Source: Octopus vulgaris
Taxonomy: Eukaryota
Assembly (NCBI GenBank): GCA_951406725.2
Contig: OX597818.1
Location: forward strand, 44,702,001-44,766,000
DNA: 64,000 nucleotides
Direction of reading: 5' to 3'
Shown here: piece after piece, positions 53,424-64,000 of the stretch
Layout: the number at the start of each line of letters is the position of its first letter
Position numbering within the stretch: the first letter of the stretch is position 1
Made by a program: the position numbers and the translations under genes
The notes under the pieces: generated by a model
The model's input: the letters and a program-made list of their open reading frames with translations, nothing else
Database searches by the model: none
Told to the model about the DNA's origin: nothing

Positions 53424-56182
53424 TATATATATATATATATATATATATAGCGGCGTACGTACACTCTATTCTCTTATATATATATATGGATGGAAAGATG
53501 TGTATTCCCACGCAAGAAAAAAAATAAAGGAGAATTTGTTTTGGGGTTTGAAAATGCACCTGTATCGCAAAACACGTAGGTGTTTTGATGGGATTCTTTC
53601 ACTTTCCCAAAAACTTTGGTTGGCTTGAGGCTATAGCAGAAGATATATACCCAGAACCATGTAGTTGGAAAGCAAACGTCTTAAGCTCATAGTCACATCT
53701 GCTCCTATAAAAATTAATCCTTGTCATGATAAAATTTCAGTCTGATCCAATGTGATACCAACATAATGCATAAGTGGAATTCAGTTCTGCTATTTCCAGA
53801 GTGCTATTTCTTTGTTTTTTTCTTTGTGTTGTCAATTTACACTTTTGATTTAGATGGCTCTTTTGTTCGTTTAGAAATCAAGGTTTCGTGTTATTAAGGT
53901 ATCATAATGCCTAGTGTTGGAAACATGTGAAATGTACAATTTTTAGTGCTTCTTTTAATACTATTATGACTTATTTTACTGAAATTCTCCTAAAGTTGAT
54001 TCAGAAATCGTATTGTATTGTAGAAGTATTAGTTTGAATATTTATGTGAATTAAAAGCGATGTGTGCATGTGTGTATATGTGTGAGTGAATTATGAGTAT
54101 ATATATATATGTGTGTGTATGTGTGTGAGTGTGTATGTCTATGCATTCATGGAAATGCTTAATTTTCTTTTTTGGTGAGATGTTATTTCATACATTGTAT
54201 GGAAGAGCAAGGAGAACATAAAAAAGCAACTGTGAATGAAATGTAGATTGCCAGTTAGTTTTGATTTATTGCAGCTAGGAAAGTGGTAACAGATAATTTG
54301 TAGTAGTGGACAGAACTGACAAAGTAGATGGTAGCTGTGGATAGAATGAAAAAATGCAATCAAATCAAAAATTCAGTGACTCTTTTTTTCTCATTAATCT
54401 CTTTTTAACAATATGGAGAAAGATTTCGACTTTTAGATATTGCTCTGCTTGAATAGGAAACAGTTTTTATACAAAACATTCAGCATAAAGGCTGGTTGAT
54501 GTCCAACAACAATATTGATACTGTTCAAGTAATGTTGGGTCACTGTAACACAGAAACGACATGTATGGCTTGCCTTTGAATATGGCTATCTGATATGGAG
54601 CGATCAAATGGTCTACCTGATATTATTAAACACTCTGCCTGCATTAAATATTGACTATATTATCCTGATGAGATCTAATAGAATGAAATAGGCACATAAT
54701 TGTCTCTCTTCTGTAAACAAAGGTCATATTTTCTCTTATGCATTTAAATTAAATTTGAGAGAATAATTCTCAATTTCCCATAAATATTTCCTCTTTTCTT
54801 CAGAAGTTGCAAAAAATTGATGCTAGGTTTTTGTTCTCTTCCTCCAGCTTAATAGAAAATTTAATTCATTAAGCATTTTTGATTTATGGCAAATTCCAGC
54901 CATTAGCCCACATAAGTTATTTAGTGTTTCTTTTTTTAAATTTTTACTAAAATTTCATACACATACCATGAATTATGTAGCTGAAAAGCTTGTTTCCCAA
55001 CCACATGGTTTCAAGATTAGTTGCACTGTGTGGCACCCCAGGCAAGTGTCTTTTACTATAATCCCTGGCTGACCAAAGCCTTCTGAGTGAATCTGGTAGA
55101 TGGAAACTGAAAAAATCTCTCTCATATATATATATAGTAAGATAACACTATCACTGTCCTTTTATACATTAACCTCTCACTTGACTCACAGACATTTCAC
55201 CCAGTTCCACTCTCTGCTGAGAGATCTTTGTCTTGCAAGCTATTAGGTAACCTCAATGGTTACCAAGTAAAAAGTACCCAGTGCACTCTGTAAAGTAGTT
55301 AGTATTAGGAATGGCATCCAGCCATAGAAATCAAGCTAAAACAGAAAGCTGGAGCCTGGTACAGCTCTCTGGATTACCACATCCTGCTGAACTGTCCAAC
55401 ACTTGCCAGCATGGAAAACAGATATTAAATGATGATATATGTGTGTGTATGTGTGTGTGTATATACTCTTTACTCATTTTACTCTTTTACTTGTTTCAGT
55501 CATTTGACTACAGCCATGCTGGAGCACTGCCTTTAGTCAAGCAAATCGACCCCAGGACTTATTCTTTGTAAGCCTAGTACTTATTCTATCGGTCTCTTTT
55601 GCAGAACTGCTAAGTTATGGGGACATAAACACACCAGCATCGGTTGTCAAACGATGTTGGGGGAACAAAGATAGACACACATACATATATACATATACAT
55701 ATATATGATGGGCTTCTTTCAGTTTCTGCCTACCAAATCCCCTCACAAGGCTTTGGTCAGCCATAGGCTATAGTAGAAGACACTTGCCCAAAGTGCCACA
55801 CAGTGGGACTGAACCCGGAACCATGTGGTTGGGAAGTAAGCTACTTACCACACAGCCACTTTGGATCCACATTCACTTGTATGGTTATTGTCAGCACTGT
55901 AATATTCTTGTCAGCATTATTATGGTGTGGCAGTATTTTGCGTCTTATTATCTTTGACTCATCTATCATGCTCTTGCTGATAGCTCCGCAAGACAATGAC
56001 TTTGAAATGTCTACCTTGATGGTAACTGGAACTCATATATAACACGTAACTGACCCTGACTCCAACTAAGAACTCATACAATGGCTCTACTACTACTGAC
56101 CTCCTACAACAACCAGGTGTCTGACTTTATAGTGGCTGGGCCATACCACTTTGTCATCTAGGAAGGGAGTACCATTTTCACT

Positions 56183-56253
<71 letters not shown>

Positions 56254-56349
56254 TGAACCCAAACAAAGAAGAACAAACAAGAAAAACAATAACACGAGGA
56301 AGTGGTACAAGTACTGCATTATCAGACACTCAGAAAAGGAAGGAAAGAG

Positions 56350-56390
56350 GACTTAACGTTTCGAGCCTTTGCTCTTCTTCAGAAATAGAG
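56350..56390 (-). ncRNA. Minimal hammerhead motif (intact core, weak stem I) in a Penelope-like fragment (56255-56455)
   Basis: CTGAAGA-A-GAGC-aaag-GCTC-GAAA-CGTTA with AACGTT palindrome. Confidence 0.6.
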
Positions 56391-56772
56391 GAAAGTTCAA
56401 ATGAAGGGAAGACGGAGGAAGAAAATCACCAACGATACACATACGGCTACATTTTGAATATAGGCACAGGCGTGGCTGTGTGGTGAGAAGCTTTCTTCCC
56501 AACCACATGATTCCAAGTTCAGATAGATATGTGTGTATGTATGTAAATATGTGTATATTTGTGTCTCTTTTGTTTTGATATTTCTTGACGCAAAATGAAT
56601 GCCATTTATTTTCACTACTCTGAGAAAACATGTCTAGCGATAGAGAAATATTATATCTCTTGGAAACAGGCAAAGGTTTGTGGTAAGAGGGGCATCTGGC
56701 CATATAAAATTTACCTTGATAGATTCTGTGCAACTTAATGCAAGCATGGTAAAATGGACGTTAAAACGATGG

Positions 56773-56807
<35 letters not shown>

Positions 56808-56860
56808 GTGATAACAGACACTAAACTACTTCAAATGATAGTGAATTGTTAAAATTAACA

Positions 56861-57152
56861 TTGAACTGGTCTCTATCTAAAAGTGAATTGCTCTGTGTAA
56901 CCTTAAATAAATAAGTCAGTGTTACAAAGATTTTGTTTGATACAAGTATATTGTTGAGGTATCGCTGAAGAACAAATCCAGTTGTGTGATAGTACAATAA
57001 AGAGATTACTTTGCGGTAATGAGATGTAGACTGAAGATTTGTTGGGGAAAGGCAGCTGTATTGATAAGAACAAGTAATGAGAACAGACAACACTCACTAA
57101 AGATGCTGCGAGATGATAAATGATAAAAAATGTTATTGGAAAACCAAGCAGA
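56861..57152 (+). pseudogene. Degenerate LDLa-like repeats
   Basis: SELLCVTLNK*VSV / RFCLIQVYC*GIAEEQIQLC / RLLCGNE...GSCIDKNK** / CEMINDKKC across frameshifts; donor ga|gtaagg. Confidence 0.4.
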
Positions 57153-57737
57153 GTAAGGGGCATGTGGGTGGTGTTTTGTTGCTGTTGTTGTTGTTGCAGT
57201 TTCACCCTTTTGATGCTGGCACATCTGAGACTGCCCCTGACTTCCTGTTCAAAAGAATTATCTAAATTAAAACGATCCATCAAATTTTCTTTTTAATTAA
57301 TGTGCTAAACACCAACTTAATAACAAAGTTATTTTATTAAATTCTACTTTATTTTTGAAATTAGTTGAAACACAGGCTGTGTATTTCTCCAGAAATATGG
57401 TAACAAAATTGGTTAAGCCCATGTTAGTTCTAATCAAGCTTACCTGTGATCAGAGATATTCCAGTTATGACCATCCTGTCTGTTTACCTATGTCCTGGGA
57501 ATCCAAGACCAACTTATTCAATGATGGGTTCTTTTTTAAGATGGTGTAGCAGGATTTGAGGGAAGTTTGGCTGCTATTTCTTTAAGGTTGACTGACTCTA
57601 CAGAGGTCTCTCATTGGCTCACTCACTGAATGCCAGTGTTCTTATAGATAAGATGACAAAATAAAAAATGGAAGTTGATATACAGTATTGCAAGCATGCT
57701 CATGCTCAATTAATGCCAGCATTGATACAAGAATATT

Positions 57738-58585
57738 CTTTTCTACTCTAGGCACAAGGCCCAAAATATTTAGAGAGGGGGGCCATTCGATTACATCGAC
57801 CCCAGAATGCGACTGGTATGTAATTTATCGACCCAAAAGGATGAAAGGTAAAATCGACTTCAGCGGAATTTGAACTAAGACTGTAAAGACATGAAATACT
57901 GCTAAACATTTCGCCTGGAGTGCTAATGCTTCTGCCAGCTGGCTGCCTTATTGATAAAAGAATATATACTTTTCTACTCTAGATACAAGGTTCAAAATTT
58001 TGGGGGAGTGGGGCCAGTTGATTAGATCGACCCCAGTACATAACTGGTGCTTAATTTATCAACCCCAAAAGAATGAAAGGCAAAGTCGACTTCAGCAGAA
58101 TTTGAACTCAGAACGTAAAGACAGACAAAATACCGCTAAGCATTTCACCCGGCATGCTAACATTTCTTATTTCTTTATTGCCCATAAGGGGCTAAATATA
58201 GAGGGGACAAACAAGGACAGACAAATGGATTAAGTTGATTACATCGACCCCAGTGCATAACTGGTATGTATTTAATCGACCTCAAAAGGATGAAAGGCAA
58301 AGTCGACCTCAGCGGAATTTGAACTCAGCACGTAAAGACAGACGAAATACCTATTTCTTTACTACCCACAAGGGGCTAAACACAGAAAGGACGAACAAGG
58401 ACAGGCAAATGGATTAAGTCGATTACATCGACCCCAGTGCGTAACTGGTACTTATGTAATCGACTCCGAAAGGATGAAAGGCAAAGTCGACCTCGGCGGA
58501 ATTTGAACTCAGAATGTAAAGACAGACGAAATACTGCTAAGCATTTCGTCGAGCGTGCTAACGTTTCTGCCAGCTCACCACCTTA
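57738..58585 (-). mobile_element. Tandem cluster of about 4 family-C SINE copies with two different tails
   Basis: Repeated atcgaccccag..gatgaaaggcaaagtcgac..gaatttgaactcag blocks. Confidence 0.85.
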
Positions 58586-59015
58586 ACGATACAAAAATAT
58601 TAAAACAGCAATGGTGGTCGTGGTGATGAGGAAGCAGAGCAGCAAGGGGCAGGGGAGAAAAGAAGAATGGACTGATATTTATTTAGATTGATAAATAGAT
58701 TTGGGTGTAGGTTTGTAGATAGGTTGGCAAGAGGCTAGGCATGTAGGTAGATAAATATCTTTCTATCTAACTAGCTAGTAAACGTAATTGTTTCCTCTTG
58801 ATACAGACTTATCTGTCAGTTTAATTTCTAAACACTGAATCATTAGAATTCATGAAGATAAGTGGTAGTTTGCATTAGCAAGATTAAATTTAGTAAAAAT
58901 TTATGAAAGTAAGATGTGTTGGTGTGCTCTGAGCGAAACGATAATTTAATTAAAGTTTACAGAGGTTATTCTAATATGTATGCATGAGTATGTGTGTGCA
59001 TGACACACACTCACA

Positions 59016-59054
<39 letters not shown>

Positions 59055-59058
<4 letters not shown>

Positions 59059-59292
59059 CTTGTTTGGATCCTGGTGTCACATAAGCTTCCATAACAGTTT
59101 TCTGGCATGGTCTGTTCTGTGTTTCTCTTTTCATTGGTTCCATGTCATCTCTTCAAGTCCTTTGTTTATTGATCTTCAGAAGGTGATCGACAAGTGTCCT
59201 GCCTTCCTTTTTTACTTTGGGTTCTGATCAACCCAAAGCTTGCCAAGTCAGACACTCCTCTAGTCTTCTAAAGGTATGTTCTAATGATTTCT
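59055..59292 (-). mobile_element. 3' fragment of an RTE-like LINE
   Basis: Minus strand QALG..KVKRKAG..TF*RSINKGL..QNRPCQKTVMEAYV resembles the RTE RT C-terminus. Confidence 0.6.
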
Positions 59293-59350
59293 ATGCATTA
59301 TTTACATTATTTACATTTGACGGATATTTATCCTCATCTTGTTTGTTGTT

Positions 59351-59396
59351 AACACAACGTTTTGGCTGATATACCCTCAGGCATTCATCAGATGTC
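59351..59396 (-). ncRNA. Degenerate minimal hammerhead in a Penelope-like fragment (59294-59460)
   Basis: GACAT-CTGATGA-atgcCTGAgggtataTCAGcc-AAAA-CGTT-GTGTT; G12 replaced by A. Confidence 0.6.
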
Positions 59397-59588
59397 TTGG
59401 GGAAATTTCGAACCTGGGTTCTCATTCCTAATATATTTTCCAATGTTGTTGTTGCTATTATTATTATTATTATTATTGAGTGAGAGAGCAGTTCATGTCA
59501 TCAAAGTGACACTGGGGTAAAATATACGAAGCCCAATATACCCATCATAACTACCCGTCTGATAAGGGCACACCAGGCATTATTATTA

Positions 59589-59640
<52 letters not shown>

Positions 59641-59644
<4 letters not shown>

Positions 59645-59726
59645 TCACTGCCTGGAATCGAACCTGGAATCTTGGGGTTAGTAGCCTGAGCTTTTAACCA
59701 CTATGCCATATGCCCATGGGCAGTGA

Positions 59727-59730
<4 letters not shown>
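59641..59730 (-). repeat. tRNA-like head enclosed by inverted repeats and complementary (ATT)n/(AAT)n tracts
   Basis: CAGGTCACTGCC...GGCAGTGACCTG; minus-strand A box TGGCATAGTGG and B box GGTTCGATTCC. Confidence 0.75.
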
Positions 59731-59798
<68 letters not shown>

Positions 59799-59889
59799 TA
59801 ATAAATGCCCGGATGCAGTACCAGACAGTGGCTCTCATGGCTCCTGATCTTAACTGATTGGAAGTGTTATCATTGGAAATGTTATGTCC

Positions 59890-60240
59890 AGCATTTCTCT
59901 CGGGGCACTTACACTCTGTCACATATGCACACTGACATTACATAACCAGTGGATCATGCTAGCTTCATTTGTTTCGAGCCTACACATGTCCTCCGCAGTC
60001 ATGGCCCATGTTTCACTGCCATGAAGCATGGCAGTTCGCACACATGCATCGTACAATCTACCTTTATTTTAATAATTTTTTCTAAGCTTTTTTTTTCTCA
60101 CTGTGGTTCAAAAAGGTTGCATGATTCTTAAAATCCAACTGTTTGAAATATTCTTCGTTAACTGTTTTACTGTTAGGTGATCTTTCAGAAGCTAACCATT
60201 TTATTGTGATATGGAATTGATATTTACTATATATCTAGGT
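59890..60240 (-). mobile_element. RTE (BovB-like) LINE RT fragment
   Basis: RLYDACVRTAMLHGSETWAMTAEDMCRLETNEASMIHWLCNVS (YGSETW motif). Confidence 0.8.
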
Positions 60241-60556
60241 TAGTGTTTCAGAGCGAACCAGTGCATGAAAGCTTGAATGGTAGATAGATGGATTGAGTGA
60301 GTGAGTGATTGATCAGTAGACAGATGCAGAGAGACAGACAAACAAATGGACAGATAGATAAATGGATGGTCAGACAAATGGACAGGCAAATGAACAGACA
60401 AACAGATGACTAGAAACAGAGACAGTAGCAATGACAACGATAATGAGATTGAGAGAAGTAGTGACATGTGCTTTGTCTTCTTGTTCAGTATGATGCTATT
60501 CATTACCATTGTGCACATATACTATATATGCAAAAATCACTTCTTAATTGTTTCAG

Positions 60557-61680
60557 CATTACAAATCTACTATAGCTAAGCATACTATGTAGAACCATAA
60601 AATACAATGGATGTAAAAGCACATTATAAGCATATATAAACAATATATGAAAGAAAATTTTTATGGTTGTAAAAAGTAAAAACTAGAAAACATGTTTAAT
60701 AACAATAAAAAAAAAGCAAAGTAATGAAATGAAATTTCAAAGGTAATAGGTATAGATGATATAGTGGTTCTTATGTGAAAAAAACAAAAACATGTGAATA
60801 TAAAGATATAGATAAAACAAATTAGACAGAGATAATGGTAATGTATATGTGTTTATGGTTTGTAAGGACAACTATACTGGAAAAACATATTTTGCTCTGT
60901 TGGTCTTTGGAACCAAGGATGTTCAGTTTTTTATTTTTTTTTGCTATAAACTCGTTAATAGAATACTTTTGTAGATACATAACAAGTTTTATTGATTGCT
61001 ATGGTTCAATAAGACTAGATACAAAAGTCAACTTGGCCAAAATAATTCTATTGTAAAGCATTTAACAGAAGCAAAAAAAGAACTTGAGTAACCTTGAAGA
61101 ATTCCTTTTAACTGAAACCTTATCCTTGTTATTATAATAATGTTTAATTAAAAAAAAAATACATTATGGAAATGGGAGTAAAAAAAAAAAACCCAAAACT
61201 ATTGATAGCGAGTTAATCAATCTAGATTGTAGAGCAATTTAGCTAAGTGGTTGTAGAAAGGAATGTTAAGATACAAACACTTTGCATTGTGGGAAGTATT
61301 GCAGACTGGGTAAAAAAAAAAGTAAAATGAAATGGAATAATTGATAAAAGATAGGTTAAAGAAATAGATAACGAAGAAAATAAAATATTTGTTGTTCAAC
61401 TTGGTTTGTATCAGATTAATATTCCTAAAGCTATATTTGTTTTCAAAGATCAAAGGAAACCATTAAAAAAAAAAAAGCACTAGAAACAAAGTGTGTATTG
61501 CAATGTCTTTTAAACGCTTATAGCTTGGCAATAAATGACTCACAGTGGATCATATATAAACATTTGACAGTAAAATTACTAGCAATCTGATAAATTAAAA
61601 GGCAATAACACTCATAAAGCACACCATAGGTGTAGCATGATCTTATGACAATGTTTGGTGTTTAAATGAACTGTGTAATA
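60557..61680 (+). pseudogene. Long exon remnant with degenerate LDLa-like Cys repeats
   Basis: tttcag| acceptor; ENFYGCKK, R*YSGSYV..TC (cf. DC.DGSDE..C), YFCRYITSFIDCYGS, DCRAI*LSGCRKEC*DTNTLHCGKYC..K*NGIID, NKVCIAMSF; frameshifts in poly-A runs. Confidence 0.45.
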
Positions 61681-62913
61681 TATTCTTATCTTTAACTGAA
61701 TAATACTTCAATTATAGCTGGTTTTATGTTGAGTATCAGTTTTATTGATCCCACTGGTTTGTTGGGGATTTTGTAAAGGCTGTTGTCATAGGCATTGCTC
61801 CTCTTTCTTCGCATAATGTGACATAGTTAAATATAGTAGGCGTAGGCATGGCTGTTGGTTAAGGAGTTTACTTCACAACTACATGATTTCAGGTTCAGTC
61901 CCACTATATGGTACCTTGGACAAGTGTCTTCTGCTGTAGCCTTGGGCTGACCTCTACTAAAGATTCAGGTTGACCAATACCTTGTTTATATGCATATATA
62001 TATAATTATGTATGAATGTATGTATGTATGTAAGAATGTAAGGGTTTGTTTACAACCGTTATTGATTTGTTTATGTTTCAATAACTTAGCAGTTCAGTAG
62101 AAGGAACTAATAGAATAAATACCATACTAAAACAATAAGTACATTTGTCTGACTAAACCCTTCAAGGTGGTGCCCCAGCATGGCTGTAGTTCATTGACTA
62201 TAACAAGTGAAAAGTAAAACACACACACACACACACATACACACACACACGCAGAATTCTTTCTGCGAGCAACCAAATCCAGGCAGCTGAATTGCTGTGA
62301 ATGCTTTCACATGCTACATCTTTCCTCATTAGATTTTAATCAAAGATTCTCAAAAGCCCTGTTACAAACACCAGCATATAAGAACAAAGAATAATCAAGA
62401 GGAACAAGAGACACTGCCTAATTCTAAAATTCTAAAATTCATTTCCTCAAACAGTGAAATGGGGGAACCTACACAGCAACAGTCTGGTATTTAAAAGTCT
62501 ACAGTTGCATTGTAAATGCTTCTCCTGAATGTTTATGAAACCTAATGTTTCTTCTATTTTGCATTCTAGGTAGCAATCTGCAAAAGAATATAACAGAGCA
62601 AAGCAACCTCTGCTAATACACACTCACACACGTACACACATATACGAATTAGAAATGCTATGTATAGAAATCAAAGAAAACAAAACACTACAAAATATAA
62701 GAATACAGGATATACACGCAGAAAACAAAAACAAACCCCACCCACCCGAAGAGAAGACCATTCAGCTCCAAAGATAATACTCCAACAGGGCCTGGACTGT
62801 AATGAGTAAATCAAATAAGATGACTTACATCATACATGTAATTAATAATATCAAAGGGTAATCAGAAATATGAGAAATTAGTCAAAAATTTAGTCAATAG
62901 ACTATATATTATT

Positions 62914-63178
62914 CATATAAATACAGTGTACATTTAAACACATAAGAAGCACCCATCATAGGACTCCTTACACACTAGAGAGAACAGTTAAATTCCAAAC
63001 AACTATTAGAGATAAAATTTCGAAGGGAATGAAAAATAGATGGTAAAAGTTTTTATTTTGCATTCCCTTCAAAATTTTATTCCTAATAGTGCTTTGGAAT
63101 TTAACTGTTCTCTCTAGCGTGCAAGAAGTCCTATGATGGATGCCTCTAATGTGTTTAACTGTACACTGTATTTATATA
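62914..63178. repeat. Inverted repeat with ~120-bp arms
   Basis: tataaatacagtgtaca..gaagggaatg is the imperfect reverse complement of cattcccttc..tgtacactgtatttata. Confidence 0.9.
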
Positions 63179-63606
63179 TATATATATATGATCCAGGGAT
63201 CAAAGTGTAGTAAGAAAGTTAGCTTTAAGCAATCTGTAGTAAATATAAAAACAATTTCAGGGACAAAAGTGATTTACAGTGAGGGAAGGTTGTAGAATTT
63301 TTCATATCGAAGTATGATAAACTGAAAAAAGTTCTTTTTATATTTCACGGTAGGCGGCCAGGGTTGCCAGGCATTTGAATAAGAATACAAGAGTTAAGGA
63401 ATGCTTCTGATTGAATCTTGCATGTGTTAACATATACCTCCTTGCGACAATGTAAACTTTCATTTAATCAAGATATCCTTGATCTGAAGAGTAGCCTGCG
63501 GTATACACCTTGCTAAGATATTTACCACTTCTTAAGTTCTTCTCACTATGAAACATAAGTAGCACGGATCCTATCTACTCTATTCCTTAACTCTTGTATA
63601 CATACA

Positions 63607-63681
<75 letters not shown>

Positions 63682-63711
63682 GTCTCCTCAAGCACAGCAG
63701 GTCACCCTAGG

Positions 63712-63781
<70 letters not shown>

Positions 63782-64000
63782 GCATATATACATATAAATA
63801 AATGCATGTGTATGTGTGAATGTATGTGCAAGTGTATACATTCATATATACATATATACATACACATGTATATATATAAATTATACATGTATAGTGTATA
63901 ATATTTACATCAACCACATTGATCTGAACGTGGTTGATGCCAGTGCTCCCTGACTGGCCCTTGTGCTGGTGGCACATAAAAAGCACCCACTACACTCTCA

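Noticed and set aside
54660-54700. CTGATGAG...GAAA hammerhead-like string
   Set aside because: Stem II is weak, and there is no UH site or convincing stem I.
56821-57283. Minus-strand ORFs of 90-126 aa
   Set aside because: No recognisable motifs; the + strand LDLa-like reading with a donor site explains the region better.
63240-63595. Possible L1/Tx1-type LINE 3' fragment on the minus strand
   Set aside because: Similarity too weak to support without a search.

Overview
AT-rich, repeat-saturated eukaryotic DNA. The repeat content (tRNA-derived SINEs, (CAT)n-tailed RTE-type SINEs, Helitrons, dense TA/CA/CATA microsatellites) suggests an octopus or other coleoid cephalopod, but this is an inference. 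No intact protein-coding gene is supportable, and almost all supplied ORFs are microsatellite or SINE artefacts. Manual reading shows: (1) a decayed, intron-containing + strand gene spanning about 1.4-61.7 kb, whose exon remnants run CUB-like/C-type-lectin-like then LDL-receptor class A-like (resembling the ectodomain of GRL101-type receptors), disrupted by stops, frameshifts and TE insertions; (2) six degenerate minimal hammerhead-ribozyme motifs, plus two partial ones, in Penelope-like/retrozyme-like repeats, one in a 327-bp structured insert with a 10-bp TSD nested in a piggyBac-type MITE; (3) five Helitrons with both termini, one carrying a Pif1-helicase fragment; (4) a young 2.3-kb composite satellite (5 x ~157 bp plus 3.7 x 372 bp) with Helitron-like ends; (5) Gypsy, CR1, RTE and R4-like retroelement relics, hAT/mariner MITEs, several fold-back palindromes and a SINE-derived 32-bp minisatellite. 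All domain and family calls are by-eye motif recognition, not database results.
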